Below, one piece after another: positions 26,128 to 34,905 of a stretch of 64,000 nt of DNA; positions within the stretch are counted from its first letter, which is position 1, and every line of letters begins with the position of its first letter. Location of the stretch: positions 4,888 through 68,887 of the forward strand of contig JANJTW010000057.1 of NCBI GenBank assembly GCA_024710925.1, in the 5' to 3' direction. The notes under the pieces were generated by a model, which did not search any database, was not told where the DNA came from, and was given only the letters and a program-made list of their open reading frames with translations. Source of the stretch: Rhodocyclaceae bacterium (GTDB taxonomy: Bacteria; Pseudomonadota; Gammaproteobacteria; Burkholderiales; Rhodocyclaceae). Both the position numbers and the translations under genes were made by a program.

Positions 26128-27380
26128 CAGACGAAGCGGGCGACGAAGGCGCCGACGCTCGCCGCCGGCAGTGGTGCCCAGACGCGGTGGCCGTTGCCCG
26201 GTGCGACGTCGATGGCGGTGCCGTCGGCCTTCTCCAGTTTTTCCAGCACGACGTCGGCGTTGCCCGCCGGGTGCACCAGCTCCAGCCGGTCGCCGACGGC
26301 GAAGCGGTTCTTCACGTCGATTTCGGCGAGGCCGCGCGCCGCGTCGTAAGCGACGACGTCGCCGACGTAGAGGCTCCTCGCCGATTCCGAGTGGCCGCGC
26401 AGATAGTTCTGGTAGTCGGCATCGTGGTGGCGCTGGTAGAAGCCGTCGGTGTAGCCGCGGTTGGCCAGCCCGTCGAGTTGCGCCAGCAGCGCCGGGTCGA
26501 GCGGGCGGCCGGCGACGGCATCGAGAATCGCCTGGCGGTAGGTCTGGCAGGTGCGCGCCGCGTAGTACGGCGACTTGGTGCGGCCCTCGATCTTCAGCGA
26601 GTCGATGCCCATCGCCACTAGCCGCTGCACGTGCTCGATGGCGCGCAGATCCTTCGAGTTCATGATGTAGGTGCCGTGCTCGTCCTCCTCGATCGGCATC
26701 AGCTCGCCGGGGCGCTCCTTCTCCTCGATCAGCCAGACGTCGCCGCCGGCCTCCTCCTTCGCCGGCTGCACCTTGTAGTCCCAGCGGCAGCTGTTGGTGC
26801 AGGTGCCCTGGTTCGGGTCGCGGTGGTTGAAGTAGCCGGAGAGCAGGCAGCGGCCGGAGTAGGCGATGCACAGCGCGCCGTGCACGAAGACCTCCAGCTC
26901 CATGTCCGGGCACTGCTGGCGGATCTCGGCGATCTCGTCGAGCGACAGCTCGCGCGAGAGGATGACGCGCGAAAGCCCCATCGTCTGCCAGAACTTCACC
27001 GCCGCCCAGTTCACGGTGTTCGCCTGCACCGACAGGTGCACCGGCATTTCCGGCCAGCGCTCGCGCACCATCATGATCAGGCCGGGGTCGGCCATGATCA
27101 GCGCGTCCGGCCGCATGGCGATCACCGGCGCCATGTCGTCGAGGTAGGTTTTCACCTTGGCGTTGTGCGGGTAGATGTTGCTGACGACGTAGAGCTTGCG
27201 GCCGCCGGCGTGCGCCTCGTCCACCGCTTCGGCGAAGGTGTCCATGTCGCCGAATTCGTTGTTGCGGGCGCGCAGGCTGTAGCGCGGCTGGCCGGCATAG
27301 ACGGCGTCGGCGCCGAAGGCGAAGGCGGTGCGCATCATCGCCAGCGAGCCGGCGGGAGCGAGGAGTTCGGGGGTTTTCAT
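26127..27380 (-). CDS. trhP: U32-family peptidase-like protein YegQ/TrhP (tRNA 5-hydroxyuridine formation)
   Basis: Collinear with my recollection of E. coli YegQ (PELLAPAGS...GADAVYAGQPRYSLRARNNEF...EVFVHGALC.AYSGRCLLSGY...RDPNQGTCTN.CRW...LKIEGRTKS). Confidence 0.85.
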   Translation of the reverse strand: MKTPELLAPAGSLAMMRTAFAFGADAVYAGQPRYSLRARNNEFGDMDTFAEAVDEAHAGGRKLYVVSNIYPHNAKVKTYLDDMAPVIAMRPDALIMADPGLIMMVRERWPEMPVHLSVQANTVNWAAVKFWQTMGLSRVILSRELSLDEIAEIRQQCPDMELEVFVHGALCIAYSGRCLLSGYFNHRDPNQGTCTNSCRWDYKVQPAKEEAGGDVWLIEEKERPGELMPIEEDEHGTYIMNSKDLRAIEHVQRLVAMGIDSLKIEGRTKSPYYAARTCQTYRQAILDAVAGRPLDPALLAQLDGLANRGYTDGFYQRHHDADYQNYLRGHSESARSLYVGDVVAYDAARGLAEIDVKNRFAVGDRLELVHPAGNADVVLEKLEKADGTAIDVAPGNGHRVWAPLPAASVGAFVARFV

Positions 27381-27452
27381 GGGGGGCGGTACAATGCGGG
27401 AAGTCCCTGATTATACGCGCCCGGCCCCGTGCCCCCGGCGCCGCCCCTCACG

Positions 27453-28916
27453 ATGCCAGAACAGATCCTGATCAACTTCACGCCGCAGGAAACGCGCGTC
27501 GCCGTCATGCACCAGGGCGTCACGCAGGAACTGCACATCGAGCGCACCAGCTCGCGCGGCCTCGTCGGCAACGTCTACATGGGCAAGGTCGTGCGCATCC
27601 TGCCCGGCATGCAGTCGGCGTTCATCGACGTCGGCCTCGAACGCACCGCCTTCCTGCACGTCGCCGACATCCTCGAAGCGCGCCCGGCCGGCCACGGCAA
27701 CGAACCGCCGCGGCCGATCGAGCGCATGCTCTCGGAAGGGCAGAGCCTGCTCGTGCAGGTCATCAAGGACCCGATCGGGACCAAGGGCGCGCGGCTGTCG
27801 ACGCAGATCTCGGTGGCCGGCCGCATGCTCGTCTACCTGCCGCAGGAAAAGCACATCGGCGTCTCGCAGCGCATCGAGGACGAGGCCGAGCGCGAATCCC
27901 TGCGCGAGAAGCTGAACCGGCTGGTGCCGGCCGACGAGCCGGGCGGCTTCATCGTGCGCACGATGGCCGAGGGCGCCTCGGAAGCCGATCTCGCCAACGA
28001 CATCGCCTACCTGCGGAAGATCTGGGCCGAGCTGAAGGCGCGTTCGAAGACGGCGCCGCCGCCGGCGCTGATCTACCAGGAGCTGAACCTCGCGCAGCGT
28101 GTGCTGCGCGACTTCGTCAATCCGGAAACCGTGCGCATCGTCCTCGACTCGCGCGAGAACTTCCAGAAGCTGGCCGCTTTCGCCGAGGTTTATACGCCGG
28201 CGGTGCGGCCGCTGCTCGAACACTACACCGGCGAGCGGCCGCTGTTCGACCTGTTCGGCGTCGAGGACGAGATCCAGAAGGCGCTCGCCCGCCGCGTCGA
28301 CCTGAAGTCCGGCGGCTACCTGATCATGGACCAGACCGAGGCGATGACGACGATCGACGTGAACACCGGCGGCTTCGTCGGCGTGCGCAACTTCGACGAC
28401 ACTATCTTCAAGACCAACCTCGAAGCGGCGCAGACCATCGCCCGTCAGCTGCGGCTGCGCAATCTCGGCGGCATCATCATCATCGACTTCATCGACATGG
28501 ACAGCGCCGAGCATCGCGAGGCGGTGCTCGCCGAGTTCAACAAGGCGCTGGCCCGCGACCACACGCGGCTGACGGTCAACGGCTTCACCGCGTTGGGCCT
28601 GGTCGAGATGACGAGGAAGCGCACGCGCGAGTCGCTGGCGCACGTGCTGTGCGAGCCGTGCCCGACCTGCGACGGCCGCGGCGAGGTGAAGACGGCGCGC
28701 ACTGTCTGCTACGAGATCCTGCGCGAGCTGCTGCGCGAGGCGCGCCAGTTCAACGCCCGCGAGTACCGCGTGATCGGCGCGCCGAGCGTCATCGACCTGT
28801 TCCTCGACGAGGAGTCGCAGGGGCTGGCGATGCTCTCCGATTTCATCGGCAAGTCGGTCTCGCTGCAGGCCGAGCCGAGCTACTCGCAGGAGCAGTACGA
28901 CATCGTGCTGATGTGA
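27453..28916 (+). CDS. rng: Ribonuclease G
   Basis: S1 domain (GNVYMGKVVRILPGMQSAFIDVG) and the RNase E/G catalytic core (GGIIIIDFIDM, MTRKR). ATG 27453. Confidence 0.9.
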   Translation: MPEQILINFTPQETRVAVMHQGVTQELHIERTSSRGLVGNVYMGKVVRILPGMQSAFIDVGLERTAFLHVADILEARPAGHGNEPPRPIERMLSEGQSLLVQVIKDPIGTKGARLSTQISVAGRMLVYLPQEKHIGVSQRIEDEAERESLREKLNRLVPADEPGGFIVRTMAEGASEADLANDIAYLRKIWAELKARSKTAPPPALIYQELNLAQRVLRDFVNPETVRIVLDSRENFQKLAAFAEVYTPAVRPLLEHYTGERPLFDLFGVEDEIQKALARRVDLKSGGYLIMDQTEAMTTIDVNTGGFVGVRNFDDTIFKTNLEAAQTIARQLRLRNLGGIIIIDFIDMDSAEHREAVLAEFNKALARDHTRLTVNGFTALGLVEMTRKRTRESLAHVLCEPCPTCDGRGEVKTARTVCYEILRELLREARQFNAREYRVIGAPSVIDLFLDEESQGLAMLSDFIGKSVSLQAEPSYSQEQYDIVLM

Positions 28917-28942
28917 AAAACGGGGCCGCGGCCCCGTTTCCC
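28916..28942. terminator. Bidirectional intrinsic terminator between rng and the MaoC-like gene
   Basis: AAAAACGGGGCCGCGGCCCCGTTT: a GC-rich perfect hairpin flanked by an A-run and a T-run. Confidence 0.75.
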
Positions 28943-28960
28943 TTGCGGCAGGCCGAAGCC

Positions 28961-29392
28961 TCAGTCCTTCGCCGACGTGCAGTACATCGTCGACTCGCCC
29001 TCGATCACCGCCTTGCCGTTAACGGTGCACACCGCGTCGAGGAGGCAGCGCTTCTTCTCGGCGAACACCTCCTTCACCGTCACCGTCGCCGTCACCGTGT
29101 CGCCGATGCGCACCGGTGCCTTGAACTTCAGCGTCTGCCCGAGGTAGATCGTGCCCGGGCCGGGCAGCTTGTTCGCCAGCACCGCCGAGATGAAGCTCGC
29201 CGACAGCATGCCGTGCGCGATGCGGCCGCCGAACTGCGTGCCCTTGGCGTATTCCTCGTTGAGGTGGGCCGGGTTGATGTCGGTCGACACGCCTGCGAAC
29301 ATCAGGATGTCCGCCTCGGTCACCGTCTTGCTGACGCTTGCCGTCATCCCCGGCTGCAGATCCTCGACGTTGTAGCCGCCTACCTTGTTCAT
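28961..29392 (-). CDS. MaoC-like (R)-specific enoyl-CoA hydratase
   Basis: The DINPAHLNEEYAKGTQFGGRIAHGM hydratase-2 motif. ATG 29392. Confidence 0.8.
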   Translation of the reverse strand: MNKVGGYNVEDLQPGMTASVSKTVTEADILMFAGVSTDINPAHLNEEYAKGTQFGGRIAHGMLSASFISAVLANKLPGPGTIYLGQTLKFKAPVRIGDTVTATVTVKEVFAEKKRCLLDAVCTVNGKAVIEGESTMYCTSAKD

Positions 29393-29474
29393 GAACCGAT
29401 CTCCTTCGTTCTTGTCCGAGTCACATAGCATACACGCTGCCCGTGCAGAGAACTCGACGAAGAGGAGAAAGACC

Positions 29475-30098
29475 ATGACGCGCCACCGACTTGCCCGCCT
29501 TGCCCTTGTCGCCGCGACGACGCTTGCCGCTACCGCCGCTGCCGCCCAGACCATCGTCGACGACTGGGCCAACGTCAAGGCGCCGCCGCCGCCGGAGCTG
29601 AAGCCGGTGAGCGTCGATGCGAAGACGACGGCGCTGCTGATGCTCGATTTCGTCACCCCGAACTGCAGCAACCGGCCGCGCTGCATGGCGCAATTGCCGG
29701 CGGTGAAGAAGGTGCTGGAAACGGCTCGCGCCAAGGGCATGCTTGTCGCGTTTGCCACCGGTCCGACCGGCAAGCGCGCCGACACGCTGCCCGAGGTCTA
29801 TCCGCGCGACAGCGAGCCGGTGGTGTCGACCGGCGTCGACAAGTTCATGAACACCGATCTGGAAAAGATCCTCAAGGATGGCGGCGTGCAGACGGTGATC
29901 GCCATCGGTACCGCGGCGCAGGGGGCCGTCCTCTACACCGCCAGCGGCGCCGCGCTGCGCGGCATGAAGGTGATCGTCCCGGTCGACGGCATGTCGGACA
30001 CGCCGTACAGCGAGCAATACACCGCCTGGCACCTGGCCAACGCGCCGGTGGTGTCGCGCAATGTGACGCTGACGAAATTCGACCTGCTGCAGTTCTGA
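29475..30098 (+). CDS. Secreted isochorismatase-family (cysteine hydrolase-like) protein
   Basis: GAGGAG RBS and signal peptide MTRHRLARLALVAATTLAATAAAA. LLMLDF and VIAIGTAAQGAVLYTA family pattern. By eye, the usual catalytic Cys position reads Ala. Confidence 0.65.
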   Translation: MTRHRLARLALVAATTLAATAAAAQTIVDDWANVKAPPPPELKPVSVDAKTTALLMLDFVTPNCSNRPRCMAQLPAVKKVLETARAKGMLVAFATGPTGKRADTLPEVYPRDSEPVVSTGVDKFMNTDLEKILKDGGVQTVIAIGTAAQGAVLYTASGAALRGMKVIVPVDGMSDTPYSEQYTAWHLANAPVVSRNVTLTKFDLLQF

Positions 30099-30123
30099 AG
30101 CGCTGCGCCGCCCGCGGAGCGGC

Positions 30124-30546
30124 TCACCCGGGCTGCGGCCACTGCGGATTCCAGGCGACTTCCCAGAGATGTCGGTCGGGGTCCTGGAAGTAGCCGGCGT
30201 AGCCGCCCCAGAAGGTGTCGCCGGCCGGCTTGACGATCAGCGCGCCGGCCCGCTGCGCCTGCGCCATGACCGCGTCCACCTCGGCCGGCGAGGCGACGTT
30301 GTGGCCGATGGCGAATTGCGGGGCGCCGGCTGCCGCGTCCGGCAGGCCGGCGTCGCCGCACAGGCTTCGGCGCGACCACAGCGCCAGCGTGAGGCCGCCC
30401 TCCAGCGCGAAGAAGGCGACCGCGCCCGCCGCGAATTCGGTGCCGACGATGCCGGCCGTTTCGAGTCCGAGGCCGTCGCGGTAGAAGGCGACCGACTTCT
30501 CCAGATCGTCGACGCCGAGCGTGAGCAGGCTGATGCGTGGCTTCAT
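30124..30546 (-). CDS. VOC/glyoxalase-family protein
   Basis: ISLLTLGVDDLEKSVAFYRDGLG...GYFQDPDRHLWEV pattern. Confidence 0.75.
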   Translation of the reverse strand: MKPRISLLTLGVDDLEKSVAFYRDGLGLETAGIVGTEFAAGAVAFFALEGGLTLALWSRRSLCGDAGLPDAAAGAPQFAIGHNVASPAEVDAVMAQAQRAGALIVKPAGDTFWGGYAGYFQDPDRHLWEVAWNPQWPQPG

Positions 30547-30566
30547 CTTCGCGCCTTCGCTGCGGC

Positions 30567-32015
30567 TCACACCGCCAGGCAGAGGTACTTGATCTCCAGG
30601 TACTCCTCCAGCCCGTACTTCGAACCCTCGCGGCCGATGCCGGACTGCTTGACGCCGCCGAAGGGCGCCACCTCGTTCGAGATCAGCCCGGTGTTCACGC
30701 CGACCATGCCGTATTCCAGCGCCTCGCCGACGCGGAAGACGCGGCCGACGTCGCGCGAGTAGAAGTAGGCGGCCAGCCCGAACTCGGTGGCGTTGGCCAT
30801 CTCCACCGCCTGCGCCTCGGTATCGAAGGCAAACAGCGGCGCCACCGGGCCGAAGGTTTCCTCGCGCGCGACGCGCATCGCGTGCGTGACGCCGGCGAGC
30901 ACGGTCGGCTCGAAGAAGGTGCCGCCGCGCGCGTGGCGCTTGCCGCCGCAGAGCACGCGCGCGCCGTGGGCGACGGCGTCGGCGATGTGCGCCTCGACCT
31001 TTTCGAGGCCGGCAGCGTCGATCAGCGGCCCCTGTACGACGCCGGCTTCCGTGCCCGGACCGACCTTGAGTGCCGCCGCCTTGGCCGCCAGCTTCGCCGC
31101 GAAGGCTTCGTAGACGCCGGACTGGACGAGGATGCGGTTGGCGCAGACGCAGGTCTGGCCGGTGTTGCGGTACTTGGCAACGAGCAGGCCGTCGACGGCG
31201 GCGTCGAGGTCGGCGTCGTCGAAGACGATGAACGGCGCGTTGCCGCCGAGTTCGAGCGCCAGTTTCTTGATCGTCGGCGCGCACTGCGCCATCAGCAGGC
31301 GGCCGACCTCGGTCGAGCCGGTGAAGGAGAGATGGCGGACGACCGGGCTGGCGGTGAGCTCGCCGCCGATCGCCACCGGGTCGCCGGTGACGACGTTGAC
31401 CACCCCCGGCGGCAGGCCGGCTTCGTGCGCCAGCCGCGCCAGCGCCAGTGCGGTCAGCGGCGTCTGCTCGGCCGGCTTGATGACCACCGTGCAGCCGGCG
31501 GCGATGGCCGGCGCCACCTTGCGCGTGATCATCGCCAGCGGGAAGTTCCACGGCGTGATCGCGGCGCAGACGCCGATCGGCTGCTTGATCGTGATCAGCC
31601 GCTTGTCGCCGGCCACCGGCGGGATCGTCTCGCCGTAGGCGCGCTTCGCCTCCTCGGCGAACCACTCGACGAAGGACGCGCCGTAGGCCACCTCGCCCTT
31701 CGCCTCGGTCAGCGGCTTGCCGCATTCGGCGGTGATCATGCGGGCGAGGTCGTCGCCGTGCGCGACGATCCGCTCGAACCAGCGGCGCAGCAGCGCGGCG
31801 CGTTCCTTCGTCGTCTTCGCGCGCCAGCCGGGCAGCGCCGCGTCGGCGGCGAGGATCGCGCGCGCGGTCTCGCGGGCGCCCATCTGCGGCACCTCGCCGA
31901 GGATTTCGCCGCTCGCCGGGTCGGTCACGGCGAAGGTTGCGCCGTCGTCGGCGGCTTCCCAGCGGCCGTCGATGTAGGCGTTGGAACGAAGGAGAAGGGG
32001 GGCGGCGAGTTGCAT
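30567..32015 (-). CDS. gabD: NAD(P)-dependent succinate-semialdehyde dehydrogenase
   Basis: ALDH motifs (ITPWNFP, ELGGNAP, the cysteine context GQTCVCANR, EETFGPV) and overall GabD-like sequence. ATG 32015. Confidence 0.85.
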   Translation of the reverse strand: MQLAAPLLLRSNAYIDGRWEAADDGATFAVTDPASGEILGEVPQMGARETARAILAADAALPGWRAKTTKERAALLRRWFERIVAHGDDLARMITAECGKPLTEAKGEVAYGASFVEWFAEEAKRAYGETIPPVAGDKRLITIKQPIGVCAAITPWNFPLAMITRKVAPAIAAGCTVVIKPAEQTPLTALALARLAHEAGLPPGVVNVVTGDPVAIGGELTASPVVRHLSFTGSTEVGRLLMAQCAPTIKKLALELGGNAPFIVFDDADLDAAVDGLLVAKYRNTGQTCVCANRILVQSGVYEAFAAKLAAKAAALKVGPGTEAGVVQGPLIDAAGLEKVEAHIADAVAHGARVLCGGKRHARGGTFFEPTVLAGVTHAMRVAREETFGPVAPLFAFDTEAQAVEMANATEFGLAAYFYSRDVGRVFRVGEALEYGMVGVNTGLISNEVAPFGGVKQSGIGREGSKYGLEEYLEIKYLCLAV

Positions 32016-32075
32016 GGCGGCTCCTCTGCGGGGGCGTGGATGAAGGATGCGAAAACCGCAGTTTATACTTGGCCC

Positions 32076-32543
32076 ATGCACCGACGACATTTCCTGTTCG
32101 CCTTTGCCGGTACGTTGCTCGCCGCCTGCGGCAGCGTGCCGCCGGCGCCGCGCGCACATTCCGAGCGCGGCCGCGAAACGGTGATGTTCGCGCTGTCGCT
32201 GCTCGACACCGGCTACCGCTTCGGCGGCAAGAACCCGGACGCCGGGCTCGACTGCAGCGGCATGGTCTCCTACATCTTCGACCGCGCCGCCGGCCTGCGT
32301 GTCAGCGGCAGCGCCGCCGACATCGCCCGCCAGGGGCGGCCGGTCGAGCGGCACGAACTGGTGCCCGGCGACCTCGTCTTCTTCAACACGCAGCGCCGGC
32401 CGTTCTCGCACGTCGGCCTGTACATCGGCGACGACCGCTTCATCCATGCGCCGTCGACGGCCAGTGGCCGCGTGCGCATCGACCGGCTGTCGAACGGCTA
32501 TTTCGCGTCGCGCTTCGACGCCGGCCGCAGCTATTTCGACTGA
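32076..32543 (+). CDS. NlpC/P60 (C40) peptidoglycan endopeptidase lipoprotein
   Basis: Lipobox LLAAC. YRFGGKNPDAGLDCSGMVSYIF and HVGLYIGDDRFIHAP catalytic motifs. Confidence 0.85.
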   Translation: MHRRHFLFAFAGTLLAACGSVPPAPRAHSERGRETVMFALSLLDTGYRFGGKNPDAGLDCSGMVSYIFDRAAGLRVSGSAADIARQGRPVERHELVPGDLVFFNTQRRPFSHVGLYIGDDRFIHAPSTASGRVRIDRLSNGYFASRFDAGRSYFD

Positions 32544-32563
32544 TTTCAGAACGCCCGCAGCCC

Positions 32564-34582
32564 ATGCCCGAAGACACCCTGACGCGGCTGTGCGCCGCCA
32601 TCGACCGGCACGCCGCCGGCGACGACCCGCTGCCGCTCTTTGCCGCGCTGTTCGCGGCGATCCGGCCGCGCCGCGCCGACGACGCGGCAGCCGCGGTCGC
32701 CGGCTACGACGCGCTGCTCGACCTGCTCGCCGCCGACGACGCGCGGCGTCTCGCGGTGCAGCGCCAGCTGGCGCGCCTTCTGGCCTCGCGCCGGCTGGTC
32801 GGTTTCCTCGCCGACAGCGGCATCCTGCCGCCGACCGGCTTCTTCACCGAGCTCTCGCGCATCGTCAGCCACCGCCTGCTGCCCGAGCTGCCGGACGCCG
32901 GCGAGATGCGCGACGCGCTGCACGTCGTCTTCGACCGCCGCGACGACTGGCGCTGGCTGGCGGCGATTCCCGCCGACCGCTCGCTGCGCTTCTGGCGCCT
33001 GCTGGCGCCGCAGCAGGCGATGGCGCCGGCCGAGCGCGCCTGGCTGTCGGAGCAGATCGCCGAGGCGATGCTGGTGCTCGCCTACCGCATCAGCGCCTTC
33101 GAATTCGAACGCGATTTCCGCCGCCTCGACGAGCAGCTTGCCGGCTACACGCAGGCCTTCCGCGCCGTCGCCGGCGAGGCGCAGCGCTTCGTCGACGCCT
33201 GGCGGACGGCGCTCGCCGCCGGCACGCCGCCGGCCGAGGACGAGCGCCAGCTCTTGGTGCTGATCGACCAGTGCGAAACCATGCTCGACCGCGCGCACCG
33301 CGCGGCGATGCGCTACGGCACCAGCCTGGCGCTGACCTTCTCGCTGCGCCGCACGGCGCAGAGCCTGCACCGGCTGGCGGTGCTGGCGCAGCTGATGGGC
33401 AGCCAGGCGCACGAGGAAGCCGGAGAAGCGGCGATGGAGCGCTGGAACGAGCTGACGCGCGCGGCGCTGCGCGCCGAGAACCAGCGCAACAGCCTGCGCC
33501 AGCACCTGTCGCGCGGCATGAGCCTGCTCGCGCTGCGCGTCACCGACAACGCGGCGAAGACCGGCGAGCACTACGTCACCGAGACGCGCCCGGCCTACTG
33601 GCGGATGTGGCGTTCGGCGATGGGCGCCGGCGCGATCATCGCCGTGCTGGCGCTGCTCAAGATCTTCGCCGGCCGGCTGGAGATCGCGCTGTTCGGCCAC
33701 GCCTTCCTCTACAGCATGATCTACGGGCTCGGCTTCGCGCTGATCTACATGCTGCACCTGACCATCGCCACCAAGCAGCCGGCGATGACCGCGCAGACGA
33801 TCGCCGGCTACCTCGGCGACGCCCGCCACGGCAAGGCGCAGGACCTGGAGCGCATCGTCGACCTGATCGCCGCCGTCAGCCGCAGCCAGATCGCCGCCAT
33901 CGTCGGCAACGTCGCCGTCGCGCTGCCGCTGGCGATCGGCCTGTCGCTGCTCTGGCAGCGGCATTTCGGCGAATTGATGGTGGACGCCGGCAAGGGCGCG
34001 CACCTGCTCGCCGACCTCGACCTGCTCGGCTGGGCGCTGCCGCATGCGGCGATTGCCGGCGTCTTCCTGTTCTTCGCCGGCATCCTCTCCGGCTTCTTCG
34101 ACAACCTCGCCGCGCATGCGCGCATCGGCGAGCGCGTCGGCCGCCTGCGCTGGCTGTGCCGCGTCGCCGGCGAACGCGGCGCGGCGCGCGTCGGCGCCTA
34201 CGTCGACAACCACCTCGGCGGCCTTTCCGGCAACTTCCTGTTCGGCTGCATGCTCGGCTCGGCCGGCACCCTCGGCGTCATCTTCGGCCTGCCCATCGAC
34301 ATCCGCCACATCGCCTTCTCGTCGGCCAACCTCGGTTACGCGCTGGCCGCCTTCGATTTCGCGCTGCCGGCGACGACGGTGCTGTGGGCGGCGCTCGGCG
34401 TGCTGCTGATCGGCGTCGTCAACCTCGCCGTCAGCTTCGGGCTGGCGCTGTGGATGGCGCTGCGCGCGCGCGGCATCGAGTTCCGCCAGTCGCGCGAGCT
34501 GCTGCGCCTGCTCGGGCAGCGCCTGCGCACCGCGCCGCGCAGCTTCGTCGCCGCGCCGCCGGCCGAGCCAGCAGCGGCCTAG
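32564..34582 (+). CDS. Large membrane protein of the family usually annotated 'site-specific recombinase' (Gcr-like); true function unknown
   Basis: 672 aa: a soluble helical N-terminal half followed by several TM segments. I recognise the family pattern but see no recombinase catalytic motifs. Confidence 0.55.
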   Translation: MPEDTLTRLCAAIDRHAAGDDPLPLFAALFAAIRPRRADDAAAAVAGYDALLDLLAADDARRLAVQRQLARLLASRRLVGFLADSGILPPTGFFTELSRIVSHRLLPELPDAGEMRDALHVVFDRRDDWRWLAAIPADRSLRFWRLLAPQQAMAPAERAWLSEQIAEAMLVLAYRISAFEFERDFRRLDEQLAGYTQAFRAVAGEAQRFVDAWRTALAAGTPPAEDERQLLVLIDQCETMLDRAHRAAMRYGTSLALTFSLRRTAQSLHRLAVLAQLMGSQAHEEAGEAAMERWNELTRAALRAENQRNSLRQHLSRGMSLLALRVTDNAAKTGEHYVTETRPAYWRMWRSAMGAGAIIAVLALLKIFAGRLEIALFGHAFLYSMIYGLGFALIYMLHLTIATKQPAMTAQTIAGYLGDARHGKAQDLERIVDLIAAVSRSQIAAIVGNVAVALPLAIGLSLLWQRHFGELMVDAGKGAHLLADLDLLGWALPHAAIAGVFLFFAGILSGFFDNLAAHARIGERVGRLRWLCRVAGERGAARVGAYVDNHLGGLSGNFLFGCMLGSAGTLGVIFGLPIDIRHIAFSSANLGYALAAFDFALPATTVLWAALGVLLIGVVNLAVSFGLALWMALRARGIEFRQSRELLRLLGQRLRTAPRSFVAAPPAEPAAA

Positions 34583-34905
34583 AACTTGGCCGGCCGCAGC
34601 ACCTCGACGTCCGACAGCCAGGCCACCATCCCGTAGTTCGCGTAGTAGCGCTGCTGCACGAAGGCGACGATGGCGCGCGCCGTCGCCTCGTCGCAGATCA
34701 CCTCGATGCGGATGTTGGCGGCGGCCGGCCAGGCGCCGTCGCGTTCGCCGTGGTCGCCGCGGCCGCGCGCGTCGGTGATCGTGTAGCCGTGCGCGCCGAG
34801 CGCCGGCAGGTCGTGGGTCAAGAGCGGTTCGAGCGTCGCCTCGCAGACCAGCGTGAGCAGCTTGCGCGTCGGAGGCGCGTCGTGGGTCGGGTTCGTCTGG
34901 CTCAT
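34579..34905 (-). CDS. PII-like (SbtB-like) small signalling protein
   Basis: 108 aa with a beta-alpha-beta-beta-alpha-beta-like pattern (KLLTLVCEA...GYTITDARGRGDHG...IRIEVIC). The ATGA start overlaps the stop of the sbtA-like gene. Confidence 0.55.
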   Translation of the reverse strand: MSQTNPTHDAPPTRKLLTLVCEATLEPLLTHDLPALGAHGYTITDARGRGDHGERDGAWPAAANIRIEVICDEATARAIVAFVQQRYYANYGMVAWLSDVEVLRPAKF

